A stretch of DNA of 63,116 nt, counting the filler, from Craspedostauros australis (Eukaryota): assembly GCA_030167865.1 (NCBI GenBank). It is 10 parts of 10 records of this genome, joined end to end, with 100 filler letters (N's around TTAATTAATTAA, not from the genome) between each part and the next. Parts side by side here need not be neighbours in the genome. Positions count along the whole stretch, not along the records: positions 20,562 to 28,417 come from JALAGF010000355.1; positions 28,518 to 34,255 come from JALAGF010000356.1; positions 34,356 to 35,537 come from JALAGF010000357.1; positions 35,638 to 49,141 come from JALAGF010000358.1; 6 more parts are not named here. One strand, 5' to 3'. Of this stretch, positions 24,643 to 36,030 are shown piece by piece. Every line of letters starts with the position of its first letter. The first letter of the stretch is position 1. A program made the translations under genes and the position numbers. The notes under the pieces were generated by a model. The model did no database searches. It was given only the letters and a program-made list of their open reading frames with translations, and was not told the DNA's origin.

Positions 24643-25512
24643 TTAGATACCTTTCGATTCGAAGAATTGCAAACAAATCTTTGCGAACGTTTCGGGATCA
24701 TGATTGATCATGTTCAACGTCGAGGACGGACCATCCATGACAGCCACCTCAACGTCGTCGAACAATTTGCATCCTTCCTCAAAACGTGCGTTGCCATGGT
24801 ACCCAATCATGTCAAAGAAATTGGCGTACGCTTCTCCCTTGATGCACAAGGTGGGGCATTTGACGCGCTGCGCGTTGCGAACGAAATCATGCTTGTCCAC
24901 ATCTTCGATGTTGATGCCCTTGGCGTACCGCACGCGGCGATTGAGCTTGTAGGTCAGTTCGGAATGCACGATGCGGGTATTCAATTCGGCTGGCAACCAC
25001 GCCTTGCGCGTGTTGTGAATGGCGAGCAAGTGAGAGCCATCGTCCTCGATCTTCCAGGAATCTTCGATTGGCGCGTCACTCGCGGCTGTCGTCACCGGCG
25101 TGATCTGCGGGAAGTAGTAGAGGTTGGCGGCCACCATCCCCACCACGCGATCGGCGTGCCGATTGGCCAATGATGCGGCGATGAAATTTCCCATGAGATT
25201 GCCCATCACCAAGAATTTCGCGCCATCGAATTCTTGATTGACGATCTTGAGAAATGCATCCGCGATGTCGTCGTACGAACAGGAGCGGTTGGGATTTTGG
25301 CTTATGCCGTATCCCGGATTGTCAAAGGCGAGCACGGTGCGATCATTTGCAGCGAGGAAGGGAAGGACGTCCACGTATTCGTCGAAGGATCGGGGGGAAG
25401 CATGGAAGCACAGCAGAGGTGCTTTGCTGGATGGTTCATCGGGCGTGGAGATCATGTATCCGATGCATCCCAGGGCCGTCTTGGCCATGCGGCGATCGAT
25501 TGTGGAAGACAT
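24643..25512 (-). CDS. Alpha/beta-hydrolase fold protein with atypical nucleophile elbow (start could be 25602 or 25488)
   Basis: LLCFHASPRS, VLAFDNPGYGIS, elbow GNLMG, VKCPTLCIKG; intronless. Confidence 0.8.
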   Translation of the reverse strand: MSSTIDRRMAKTALGCIGYMISTPDEPSSKAPLLCFHASPRSFDEYVDVLPFLAANDRTVLAFDNPGYGISQNPNRSCSYDDIADAFLKIVNQEFDGAKFLVMGNLMGNFIAASLANRHADRVVGMVAANLYYFPQITPVTTAASDAPIEDSWKIEDDGSHLLAIHNTRKAWLPAELNTRIVHSELTYKLNRRVRYAKGINIEDVDKHDFVRNAQRVKCPTLCIKGEAYANFFDMIGYHGNARFEEGCKLFDDVEVAVMDGPSSTLNMINHDPETFAKICLQFFESKGI

Positions 25513-26212
25513 CGTTATCGTTATTGTTATCGTTGTTGCTGTTTCAATTGTTGCTGCAATTGTTTGTGTTTGAGTTAGTGTTAGTGTTGCTGTGGATGTC
25601 ACTTCGGAGGATTAGCCAGTGCAGGAGCAAGTCGGTCGCCGTTTGATTGTGGAAACTCGCACCCACGATGGCGGATGGTGTCCCCATTTGGATTCCTTTT
25701 GGATCTTCGCGACAAGGAGGATCCTGTTGACCAAATCTGATTCTCGTGGTACAGCCTTCGTTCGTCTCCGGGTTGCATCCATGGACGCGTTTTCCTCAAT
25801 TTGGCAGAGCGCCAAACGACAGCGTCCTTCAATAGAGCACCGCGATCCCCTCCCATGAATCCCAACCTCCACAGAAATCGAAATCACAACCAATCTCGAA
25901 CGCAAAGATGGACATGATGATGGCATGAGCAGAAGCACAAATGTGGCCAAACAATCATCCTTGTTGATTTGAATAGCAGAGCAAATTCCATCCGTCCTTC
26001 CCGTCTTCCCAATAATCATCATAGAATATATTATATAATATTCTATAATATTAAAATACTATTATGTTGCAGCGCTCGTACGGAATGTCCAACCAATGAA
26101 CTTCTGCGCAGCACATGTGCGAAATTGCACTGCTCTCGTGAAGGTTCTTGATGGGAACTTGGGAGCGCTGGTTACCATATGAGTACGTACAAGTTTGATG
26201 CACCTCGACCCA

Positions 26213-27724
26213 CTAATCCTGGAACCGTAACTTCCTTGCAAACTCCGCCATATAGATATCGAACGGCTCGCCTGTTGTGATGTCTACACGTCGGGCATTC
26301 GCCTTCACAATGGCCAGCTTCGCGGTGTACGCTTCAAGCGTCAGTTCCAGCAAAGGTCGGATCGTGTCGTGGAATGCTTCTGCAGACGAGACATTCACAA
26401 GGTAGCTCATTTCTCGGAACCTTGCGAAATCTGGCAGTATGCGGAACTGCTCCTCATGCGTGAATACCGGCACGGTCTCGGACGCAACGATATCGAAGGG
26501 CCTGTTGGAGCCATAGTCATCGCCCCGAGCATGGAAGCCGAACCTGGCGTTGGCTAGAGCTGGGCACATCTTCCCAGCGCCGCAGTTGGTGTTGGAGTAG
26601 TTTGCGTCTGCGATCCATTGGCAAATGTGCGCACGGTCATCGAAGTTTCTGTCGTTCGGTTTCATGGAAGCGATGAGTGCGAAGTCCGCAGTCTTCTCGT
26701 TGGGCGGCACGGCCTGGCATCCCTGGTTGGCAACGTAGAGATTCTGCATTGTGATGCGGGGTGGTAGCGTGCTGTCTGGCCAGCGTTGAGGGAAATTCTG
26801 GTAGATGACGCGGTTGGTAGACATTATGTTGGTGAAGTGGCCAAACCGCCGGTAGGCGCGTGATGCTGCGTAGTGTGAAGTGACCACTACATGATCTGCA
26901 CCATTGAAGCGTCGGAAGTACTCTGATCGTCCCAGCATCATGTCCGCCCAGCTGATTTCCACATTGGGGGTGACGGTATGATCGAAGCATGTCATCCCAT
27001 CGTGGATGCAAAGATAGCGATTTCTCCATGCGATACCGTCAGCGAGGGCGTTCATTAAAAATGGCACGAAGAAGAGCTTTGCTTCTGTCGCATTCTTGGT
27101 CCGCATGGGATGAACTAGGGCACTTTGGAGCATCCAGTAGTCATCGGAGTGCTTAAAGAATGCGTAATTCGTCATCCCAAGTGGAACCCCGCACGATGTC
27201 ATGTCTGCCATGCTGAGTTGATCTTCGTATACGTAGAAGGGAACCTTCATTTCAAAGACGTAGGCAGGATCGTACGTGACCACCTGTGGAACATCGAAAT
27301 GAGGCGCAAAACATGATTGCCGTCTCATCCTCTGGGTACGCACGGGCCGTTGCGGCGGTGGTTGGTTTGTGTCATTGGCGATGGCAGGTATTGGAGGAGG
27401 AATATTGCTTCCGTTGATTGCAGCAGCGGCAGGCTCGGTGCTCACGGGGCTCTCGTTGCCTGCGATTGGTGCGCTATGATTTGTGTTGGGAGTGTCCTCG
27501 GCAACGATCGCTGTGGGGGAGGCTTCTTCGTCAGTGCCAGAACCATTGACGGCGACACGCGGATCTGTACTTTGCGAAATGAGGAACTCGGGGAGAGTCT
27601 TTTGATCGACCACCAGCATCGTGCAGACGAGGGCCACCACTGCGGCTATGGTGAGGGCAAAGTTCGTTATCGCCTTGGGTGCCTTGGGCGCCTTCGCTGT
27701 ACGTTTTTGTTCTTTCTTTGCCAT
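26213..27724 (-). CDS. Exostosin-family (GT47) glycosyltransferase, type II membrane
   Basis: N-terminal TM and stem; FYVYE, HPMRTKNATEAKLFFVP, FRRFNGADHVVV, FGFHARGD...SNRPFD...VPVF. Confidence 0.82.
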   Translation of the reverse strand: MAKKEQKRTAKAPKAPKAITNFALTIAAVVALVCTMLVVDQKTLPEFLISQSTDPRVAVNGSGTDEEASPTAIVAEDTPNTNHSAPIAGNESPVSTEPAAAAINGSNIPPPIPAIANDTNQPPPQRPVRTQRMRRQSCFAPHFDVPQVVTYDPAYVFEMKVPFYVYEDQLSMADMTSCGVPLGMTNYAFFKHSDDYWMLQSALVHPMRTKNATEAKLFFVPFLMNALADGIAWRNRYLCIHDGMTCFDHTVTPNVEISWADMMLGRSEYFRRFNGADHVVVTSHYAASRAYRRFGHFTNIMSTNRVIYQNFPQRWPDSTLPPRITMQNLYVANQGCQAVPPNEKTADFALIASMKPNDRNFDDRAHICQWIADANYSNTNCGAGKMCPALANARFGFHARGDDYGSNRPFDIVASETVPVFTHEEQFRILPDFARFREMSYLVNVSSAEAFHDTIRPLLELTLEAYTAKLAIVKANARRVDITTGEPFDIYMAEFARKLRFQD

Positions 27725-27995
27725 TGTTGCCTGGGATATTGGTGTTCCTACTTGTGGGATACAAGTCCTCGACTGGATTCTGCCTTCAATAAAATACAAG
27801 ACCTTGGGTCCGGTGGTTGGTGATTGTGATGATGATGGCGAAGAGTTTGGGTGGTTTGTTTGGGGGCTCGGTGCGTCGGAGTTGTGTGGAGGTTCCAGGT
27901 CGCACACAAACGCCCAAGACTCGCTCGGAACGCATCGGTTCGAAGTGTTCGGTTTCAACAACGCGGTAGCCCGTGAGCTGTACTTGATGTGACTT

Positions 27996-28417
27996 ACTAG
28001 TGCCTCAAACAAACGGACCCCAAAAATTGGCGATTATTGGCGATTATTGGCTACAGTTGGCTACAGATTTTGGATCAGTTTTTCCCAAACTCCGCCTTCG
28101 TTTTATAGACACTCAATCCAACATCTCTTCACATCTACGTAAACTTAAGAGCCAGGGCTATCCAGGCAAGTGTTAACATTATAATGTTGTTACTACCATC
28201 TCATCGATCTTTTTGTGTTTGTTGACCCCCTTGGTGTGGTTTTGCCTTCGGACGAAGGACGGACCGGGTTTTCATTGGCTACATTTGGCTACAAGTAGGA
28301 TTCTACAGGGGTCTGGTAGGATCTGGCCTCTTGTTTCGAGAAATTCGACCCTCCATCTTTGAAGTCTCCGCGCTGAGCATTCTTTGGCTCAATCTGTACA
28401 ATAGATATCATTTCAGA
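27996..28417. mobile_element. Probable DNA-transposon terminal region with 10-bp subterminal repeats
   Basis: TTGGCGATTA x2 and TTGGCTACAG x2 (28027-28066), TTGGCTACA x2 (28275-28293); non-coding, runs into the contig end. Confidence 0.5.
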
Positions 28418-28517
28418 NNNNNNNNNNNNNNNNNNNNNNNNNNNNNNNNNNNNNNNNNNNNTTAATTAATTAANNNNNNNNNNNNNNNNNNNNNNNNNNN
28501 NNNNNNNNNNNNNNNNN

Positions 28518-28783
28518 GAACACGGAGTATCGTGTGCGACGAGTACATGATGTTGAGAGAGAGAGGGAGAGAATACAGAGAAGAGCGAGAGAGCATCTCG
28601 CGTACCGACTCATAGTCGGAGACTGAATCTACGAAACAGATTGAAGCGCCNNNNNNNNNNNNNNNNNNNNNNNNNNNNNNNNNNNNNNNNNNNNNNNNNN
28701 NAGTAATGAAATAGCAAACGAACGACTATCAACCAACACCATCTTCCACGATCGTAGGTTACCGTGCGCGGAACTTGCCAACA
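28518..28783. mobile_element. LTR family A, partial copy (ends ...TTGCCAACA)
   Basis: High identity to 60091-60352; similarity stops exactly at CA. The 51-N gap matches the 51 nt at 60220-60270. Confidence 0.8.
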
Positions 28784-30464
28784 TATGCCGGATCCACCGG
28801 AGCAGCGGACTCAGGGGCGTCAAAGCTCTCTTGCAGAGCGCGAACACGATGAAATGTTTCAGAATCAGGTCGACAAGGTCGATCCAAGTGAACCAGACAT
28901 CACCAGCATCATCGGACACAGCTTCCAAGACGGACATCTACACCTTCACGCGAGGTGGGCAAGCGATGACACACAATGGTTTCGATATGATATCCTACGG
29001 GCAGATCATCCGGAGCTCGTGGCTCGCTACATTGTCGCGAACAAGCCTACTCGACACGGACGGCACAATCGTCAATCGCAAATGATGATGCAATGAGCAA
29101 GCCATGCACTGCAAGCGAACAGACAGCGCATCCAACGAATTGAACGTACGCATCAGTTCTCGATCGACGGCAACGACAACGTGACAATCATACGACGGAT
29201 CAGGCCAGGAATGAAGAAGCAAAAGAAAGACTTCTTCGCAACCGTATTCCAATACGGAGTCGAGGTCCCGCGCAACATGAAATATGCGCTGCAACTAGAT
29301 CAGGCCAACAACAATGACATGTAGAAAGCAGCAGCCAAGAAAGAAATCGATGCTCTCATCGAGCTCGACTGCTTCGAATTCCATCTGTCCACACATCAAC
29401 CATCATCCGAATATCAGAGCACAAAGCTCAGACTCATCTTCGCAGTCAAGCAGGGCCTGCAACACAAGGCACGACTGGTGGCAGGAGGACACCTCATCGA
29501 ACTGGTGGATAACATCCGTGTATACTCATTGCCAGTCAAGTCGACCAGCGTGAGAATCCTCGATGTCATCGCCGACGCGAACAAGCTGGACCAACTCTGC
29601 GGCGATGTCGGCAATGCATTTGTCAATGCATACACCAACAAGAAGATATACGCCAGAGCAGGCAAGGAATTCGATCACAGGGAAGGCCAGGCAATCATGC
29701 TCAAGAAAGCATTGTACGGGCTCAGATCCAGTGCGCAACGATTCCATGCACACTTCGCGAATACACTATCTTCGATGGGATTCATACCGTCACGAAATGA
29801 CCAGGATGTATGGATCAGACTCCGTGATGAATCCAGATATGATTACATTTGCACACATGTGGACGACTTCAAGATTGTGGCAAAGGATCCACAACAATAC
29901 ATGAAATTCATCCAACAGGTCTACACAATCAAGCATATTGGACCTCCCAAGTACTATCTCGGGAACGACTATTCCAGGAATGCCAAGGGCAAATGGAGCG
30001 TGGGATGTGGCAAATACATCGCCAATGCACTGGACAAAGTCGAGCGCCAGCACGGGCCGCTACACAACCAGCACGTTCCTATGCGGAACAAGGATCATCC
30101 GGAGACGGACGATACCGAACTACTCACACCTGACGAGCAACAGCAGTTTCAGCAGCTTTTCGGCATGCTGAACTGGGTTGTTCAACTTGGATGTTTTGAC
30201 GTCGCATTTGCTACTTCTTCACTTTCACGTTTCACTGCTTCACCATGCAAGGGCCATCTCGAGCGAGCACTCAAGATATGGGGCTACCTCAAGCGCAAGG
30301 CCACTCTCCGAACACAAGTCGACTCCAAGCCAATGATATTCGACAACTTCCCATCAACTCCATCCAATCCAAAATTGGTGGCGCAAATGAAGGAGGAATA
30401 CCCAGAAGCTATGGAGGACGTCGACGATGGTGCTCCAGCGGCGATATACCCGGAGCTGCCCATA
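28784..30464 (+). mobile_element. Decayed diatom-type Copia pol (chromo-like module plus reverse transcriptase), truncated at both ends
   Basis: KARLVAGGH, DVGNAFVNA, KKALYGLRSS, YICTHVDDF, GHLERALKIWGYLK; in-frame stops upstream; breaks off at about the RT/RNase H junction. Confidence 0.9.
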
Positions 30465-31151
30465 AGTAAGGATTCGGGCTTAGTCGACGCGAATCGGTGG
30501 AGGATGCCTCGTAAATCTGCCAGCTTCGAGATAGCCGTGTGATGCAGTTTAAGAGAGGTGCACTGGTTGAAGAGTTGTTACTGTAACAATGAGTAGAAGA
30601 GTGCTTTGTAGCTAATCCTTGTCTGTTTATTCTGAGTTAGCTTGTGGTGTTAGTAGGGTGAAGAAACGATGTCACACAGCTTGATGGGACCCTGCACTGA
30701 TGTACTTGGTTCAGTGCGTGAGGGTAGGCGATTATTGCAGTTCCTTGCTCTCCTCACACGTAGATACACTGCAGTGTAGATCATGACACTCAATAGTGAC
30801 AGTCATGAAGCAATGACTGTGGCTGGAGTTGACTCTCAGATTCCATTGCTTGAGTTGAAGCAGGCTGGATACACATGTCAAGACTACAGCAGTAGTGCAG
30901 TAGTCATTGGCATGGAGGGAATGGAGGTATGTTGTAGTGAAAGGATCTGAGGAGCATATAGTTCGCAAGGTGAGATGTGAGTCAGGTTGGTCATGTTTGA
31001 GTCATGAAGGATTCGTGAATGGAGGAGAAAAAGGAGGAAAAAAGATTTGGTGGTCGATCAAGTCAGAAGATTTCGTGCCAAAACAAGAATTTCTCCCATC
31101 GGAGGTGGATACTGTGTCCGGTATTAGTCTGTCCCTCATTGAATCTCAACT
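30465..31151. mobile_element. LTR-like repeat family B (AGT...ACT termini), copy 1
   Basis: Colinear with 53804-54488 over its full length; ends AGTAAGGATTC / GAATCTCAACT are imperfect inverted repeats. Confidence 0.82.
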
Positions 31152-31730
31152 CTGATTCATCATCAGGTCTTCCTACTGATCTGCTCAATGTCATCATGTT
31201 ACATCATGCATATTTTCTACTTTGTTGCCCAAGGATGTTGTCTGCTTTGCACAGTAACTCATGTTATTTCTCCTCTTGGGTCTTTCTACATCTCTGTCTG
31301 ATCTTGTCTAAACTTGTCTGGTCTTGGCTGGTCTTGGATTCTCATGAGGTCCATATATCTCAACCTGCCAATGTCAGCAGATTGCTTGCATCATCCCTGA
31401 CATCATAAGACTATCTCCTAATTGTTGTTGCCATGTGCTCACTGATGCACCTGGCATTGCTAGACATGTCAGAATTCCATTAATATCACATAAACTTGAT
31501 TCCTTGGATCTCAGTATCTGATCCTCTGATGTCATTGCTGATGTCAGTTCCTTCATCAGTTCGGATGACCGTAGAACCCAAACACCATTCACATCACCAA
31601 GGTTCATCCGACTATTCTATCAATCAAGTCAAATCACATTCCAGTCATGTGTTATGTTAGCCTAATTTTTGATCTAGATGTTGACATTGGCAAAAAGCAC
31701 AGGTATATTGGTTGATGTGGAATCGTTTCA
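31152..31730. mobile_element. CpG-depleted TE-derived (LTR-like) sequence
   Basis: No credible ORF, strong TG/CA excess and almost no CpG; adjoins family B. Confidence 0.45.
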
Positions 31731-32514
31731 TGTATTTGCACCTGTTGACAGGATGATACCACCAAAGGTCAACAAGCAGAGGGAGACATGAAAGGTGGTG
31801 AGCCAGACCAACTGGTGATTGTAAAAATGGCCATTGTAGCCAGTACCAAAAGAGAGATGCGCACGTGTCATGATTCTAAAGCGGAAGGGACTTACACTTG
31901 GACGGATTGGTCTTGTGCAAGGACCAGTCCAGTTCACAAAGTTGCCGGAGACTCCAGTGTAGCCATCCTCCAGAGCATCATGGATCTTTTGCATATCGAA
32001 GGAGAGATCGACTAGACGGAGTTCCGCATTCAGGATCTTTCGCAGCGCGGCGTCCCTGTCCATCTTCCTGAATCGCCCACCATGATTTGGATCCTTCGTA
32101 TGGTGCTGCGCATGTGGGGGTCCACTGTTGTGATGAGCAGGGCGTGGCTTGCGTAGATTCCGACCGGACGAAGATCACTGCCCAATCCCCAGCGCCTTCA
32201 ACAACATTATCCGGATTGCGAAGAATGTAACAATGACCACCAGCCAACGCACGAGCTTGCGCCGCGCTGCCTTTCCATTGTTGCCCTTCATGATTGGCCC
32301 AGCTTGATTGGATGCACTGCTCACTGCGGTGATGTGTTCGTTGCTGCGAATTGCAATCAGCCGCCGATCGTCTCTCGTCGCGAAACTCCTTGATCCAGTT
32401 TTGCGATGACACGGAGATCCTCATTTCAGCAATGTCCTCTCTGAGCTGCGTCGTGGCACCGATGCCGTTGCCTGTATGCAAACAACGGACGATGCATCCA
32501 AATTGCGACCAGAT

Positions 32515-32521
32515 CTCTCTC

Positions 32522-32552
<31 letters not shown>

Positions 32553-32553
32553 C
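32515..32553. repeat. (CT)n/(CTAT)n microsatellite
   Basis: Read directly from the sequence. Confidence 0.9.
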
Positions 32554-33395
32554 TGGAGTGTTCGACATTAGGCTTCGCGACTGGCATCGCGGAGATCGTC
32601 ATCGTCGCCGCTCTGTTGGCAACGGATCTCCAGAACCGTGGTGTTGTGTTTGCGACTTGGTCCGTGTTCGCGAAGATTTTGGAGCGTTTGTGAGTATCTT
32701 GACGACGTCACAACATGTGATGAATAATGATTTCTTTGACACTCAATCGACAGTTCGGAAGTGCGGACAGACGCAAATTCGCGTGATTCAGACATGCACC
32801 GCGTCATCTTGGATTGGAGATGTTTCGCTCGTCGATGTTTGCTTCCAACACTCGCTCTTCGTTGTTGTGATTGAATTCCCTTGGCGCTGTGACTGGGAGG
32901 CGGATGTGGCTTTCAACTCCTTTCAGGTCGCTTTCCTTCTCTGTGTGGATGGAAACGATTGGCGGGGGGTGAGCGTCTCTCAAAAGGCTAAGTGAATGGG
33001 ATCATGTCGCGCCAAGAATTGGAATTCCCGTGTCACAACACAGCCGCGCACTCCAACCACGGACATTGACCCAAGAGAGTGAAGTCACCAAAGTGTAGAC
33101 ATCGCGTGCGCAACAGCCTTCCGCCTCCCTCCACACTCAGCGAAGACCGGAGCGTCACCACGGCTCCAAGAATGGCGCCAAGACTGTCAACAACAACATC
33201 GCGAAGGGCATACCTGACTCGTACGTATAGTCGTTCGACTGCTAGCACACCACCGACGAGACCAGCCACCAATCTCAGCGAAGGCAACAAGCGCAGGTCC
33301 CTGACCACAGTCTCAGACGCGGCCACAGCCACAATCACAATTTCACCCACAATTCCACCCACGAACATAAACGCAGACACGTTGAGACTCTCATC

Positions 33396-34255
33396 ATGGC
33401 GGCGCGGATGATCGAACTGAAGGCAAAGCACGCGACGATGTCCCATCGCGACATCGCCCCGCTGTTGCCGACCACAGGCAAGGAGCCACCTGCTTCAACT
33501 CCGGGCGAGGAGATCATGAAGGAGATGATCACGTCGAAGGCCAAGCTAACCAGCACCGTATCTGTGACGGACGACGATTCCTCCTTCGACCTCGCGTCCA
33601 AGCAGTCTCTCAACTTCGACCGCGCGGGCCTCGTGGGACGCGACAAGGAGAAGCGGGTCATGTCCAACGCCATCCGCCAGCTGCTGAAGCAGCAACCTGC
33701 TGACGGCGAGGCTCTCAAGACCCTGTGCCTCATCTCCGGTCCGTCGGGTTCCGGCAAGAGCGAGCTCGCCACGCACTACCGGCAGCACTGCCTGGACAGC
33801 TTCGCGTTCTTCGTCTGCGGCAAGTTCGATCTGCATCAAATGGAGGAGCCCTACGCCGGCATCCGTAGTGCGATGGGGGAGCTCATGGAACAGATCAAGT
33901 TGCTGCCGCCCAACGACGTCGTCGGCGCAACCATGGACGATCCAAGGAGGGTCTCGCGCGTGCATCAGGCGCTGGTCCGCAATCTGTCGTCCAGCGAGCT
34001 GAGGACGCTGCACAAGATCGTCCCTGGTATGTACAAATGGATGACGGGCGAAGATGCCGTCACCGTCGGCACGCGGCAAAGCAAATGTGCGGACCTCACC
34101 AGCAGGGATGCAACCAGCGACGATGTCAACAACAGCAATGTCAACAACAGCAATAATGATGACAATAGCGACACTGCAGCCATCATCACGAATACGGAGC
34201 TGGTTGGCAGTAACTCCATGATCCAGCAGAAGTCGCTTGCAACCCTATCGATAGG
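33396..34255 (+). CDS. STAND-type/AAA_16 ATPase domain protein (3' part lost in gap)
   Basis: LVGRDKE, Walker A ISGPSGSGKS, FVCGKFD...EPYAGI, as in the ATPase module of bacterial kinase/ATPase/sensor proteins. Confidence 0.8.
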
Positions 34256-34355
34256 NNNNNNNNNNNNNNNNNNNNNNNNNNNNNNNNNNNNNNNNNNNNT
34301 TAATTAATTAANNNNNNNNNNNNNNNNNNNNNNNNNNNNNNNNNNNNNNNNNNNN

Positions 34356-35109
34356 CCAGTCTGCTTCTGGACTTGTTGTGGGGTTGGCCGCTTGCCGAGA
34401 TGGGTTTGATGACGACACCTATCGGTTGTTCACCCAACTGAAAGAGCCAGATGGTTCTTTTCGAAATCTAACCCTCATGACAGATCGAGGATACAACTGC
34501 CACAGCACTACTGCCTTCCTCACTACCAGGGGTGCCAATCTGGAGGTTACACACATGCGAGCTGGATACCTACCATTCACCTTCGGCCCATCCATTGGCA
34601 AGGGTGCACTCCAGATGAATATTGGGAGGAAGGAGCCAAGGATGGTGCATAGCGCTGTCACCAACAGCATTGGCAAACGACAATTGACATGCTATGGATA
34701 CCGACTCAACGAACAAACTGTACTTGCACTCTCCACAAGATCGAGTGGCTTCGAGTGGGACCTCACCCTCAGCAACGCCAGTGACCAAAAAAAGTACCAA
34801 GACATGGTGGAGAACAAGCATGGGAACAATCGAAGATCCCCACACTACCCACACTTCTTCCAAACATTCACTGTCAATCCAACACGATCGTCGGCAGTCA
34901 GAGCTGCCATATCCCAAACTCCCCTTGGCACAACTGGTGTTGTGGCTGCTGCATCCAAGAATGTCAAACAGCGTTGGGCAGATATGGTGTGGGATCTGCA
35001 TGTGGATGGACTCACCTGTGGCCAGGGTGACCATCTGTGGTTCGTCCACCGCCGCTTCGCGTTCACGAGCACCTCCACCTATGATAGAACGATAATGAAA
35101 ACGAGGTGA
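34356..35109 (+). mobile_element. Probable DDE transposase fragment
   Basis: LTLMTDRGY motif followed by a helix and LPFTFG; small gap-bounded contig, CpG-poor. Superfamily not assignable by eye. Confidence 0.5.
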
Positions 35110-35637
35110 ACTTACTGAACGCCGAAGGGTGATCAATCCGTGGTAGTGCAGTAGGTTGGTGAGTTTGANNNNNNNNNNNNNNNNNNNNNNNNNNNNNNNN
35201 NNNGAATCCAAATGAGACTTTCAATTGGATTGTGAGCATGTGATGTGCAGCATCCATTATAGTTGGATCTGCAACATCTCTATTAGTAGCAACATAGTGG
35301 AGCGTTGAGTCTCCGTACGTGCAATCATCGCGGTGTCGATGTTGCCATTTCCAAGAGGAGACATCAATTTCGTGACGGTCGGAGAGAGAGTTTGTTGTTC
35401 ACTCTCTTCCGATCAATTTGGGGGAACAAGGTTCACCCAACGGTTTGATCCGGTGTCCGTTCTGGACAGGTCATGTCACGCCCATAAGTGGCGTGGGATG
35501 GCCCGATCGCCCAAACCCAAATTCAGCGGACACGCGANNNNNNNNNNNNNNNNNNNNNNNNNNNNNNNNNNNNNNNNNNNNTTAATTAATTAANNNNNNN
35601 NNNNNNNNNNNNNNNNNNNNNNNNNNNNNNNNNNNNN

Positions 35638-35896
35638 GCACCCACCACCTGACTGACAGCAAGCCAAAACGACATTAAAAATAAAGTTCATACACATTTA
35701 ACTTGGATATTCAGAATCACTTATAGCCAATCGTCCGAATGCACTGTCTATTTTTAATTTTAAACGATATGGTGTTGAGATATAGCATCATAAGCAGTTG
35801 TTTGGATGGTTTTGGGTGTGCTCTATTTTAGTCTACTTTATCACGACTCATCACGAGTAAAACTCAAAAAACACTCCACAACTAGTGTTATCGTGA
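35638..35896. repeat. Dispersed repeat (probable DNA-transposon terminus), copy 2
   Basis: AT-rich contig start ending in the 54-bp segment shared with 20562-20616. Confidence 0.65.
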
Positions 35897-36030
35897 GTGC
35901 ATCAACTGCGATCTGGACCTCGTACCTTCTTGATCGACCTCCACCCATCACATCCTCTCCTCTCTTGGATCGCATCTGCACATCGTTTGCTGCCAAAAGC
36001 AGCATCAAGATCCGAGATTCCGCAGCAACT

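Noticed and set aside
31728..32481. Frameshifted minus-strand ORF pair next to the TE stack
   Set aside because: Looks like a gene remnant, but no family is recognisable.
35806..36030. Longer N-terminus for the methyltransferase from ATG 35806
   Set aside because: That ATG lies inside the dispersed repeat; ATG 36031 is more plausible.
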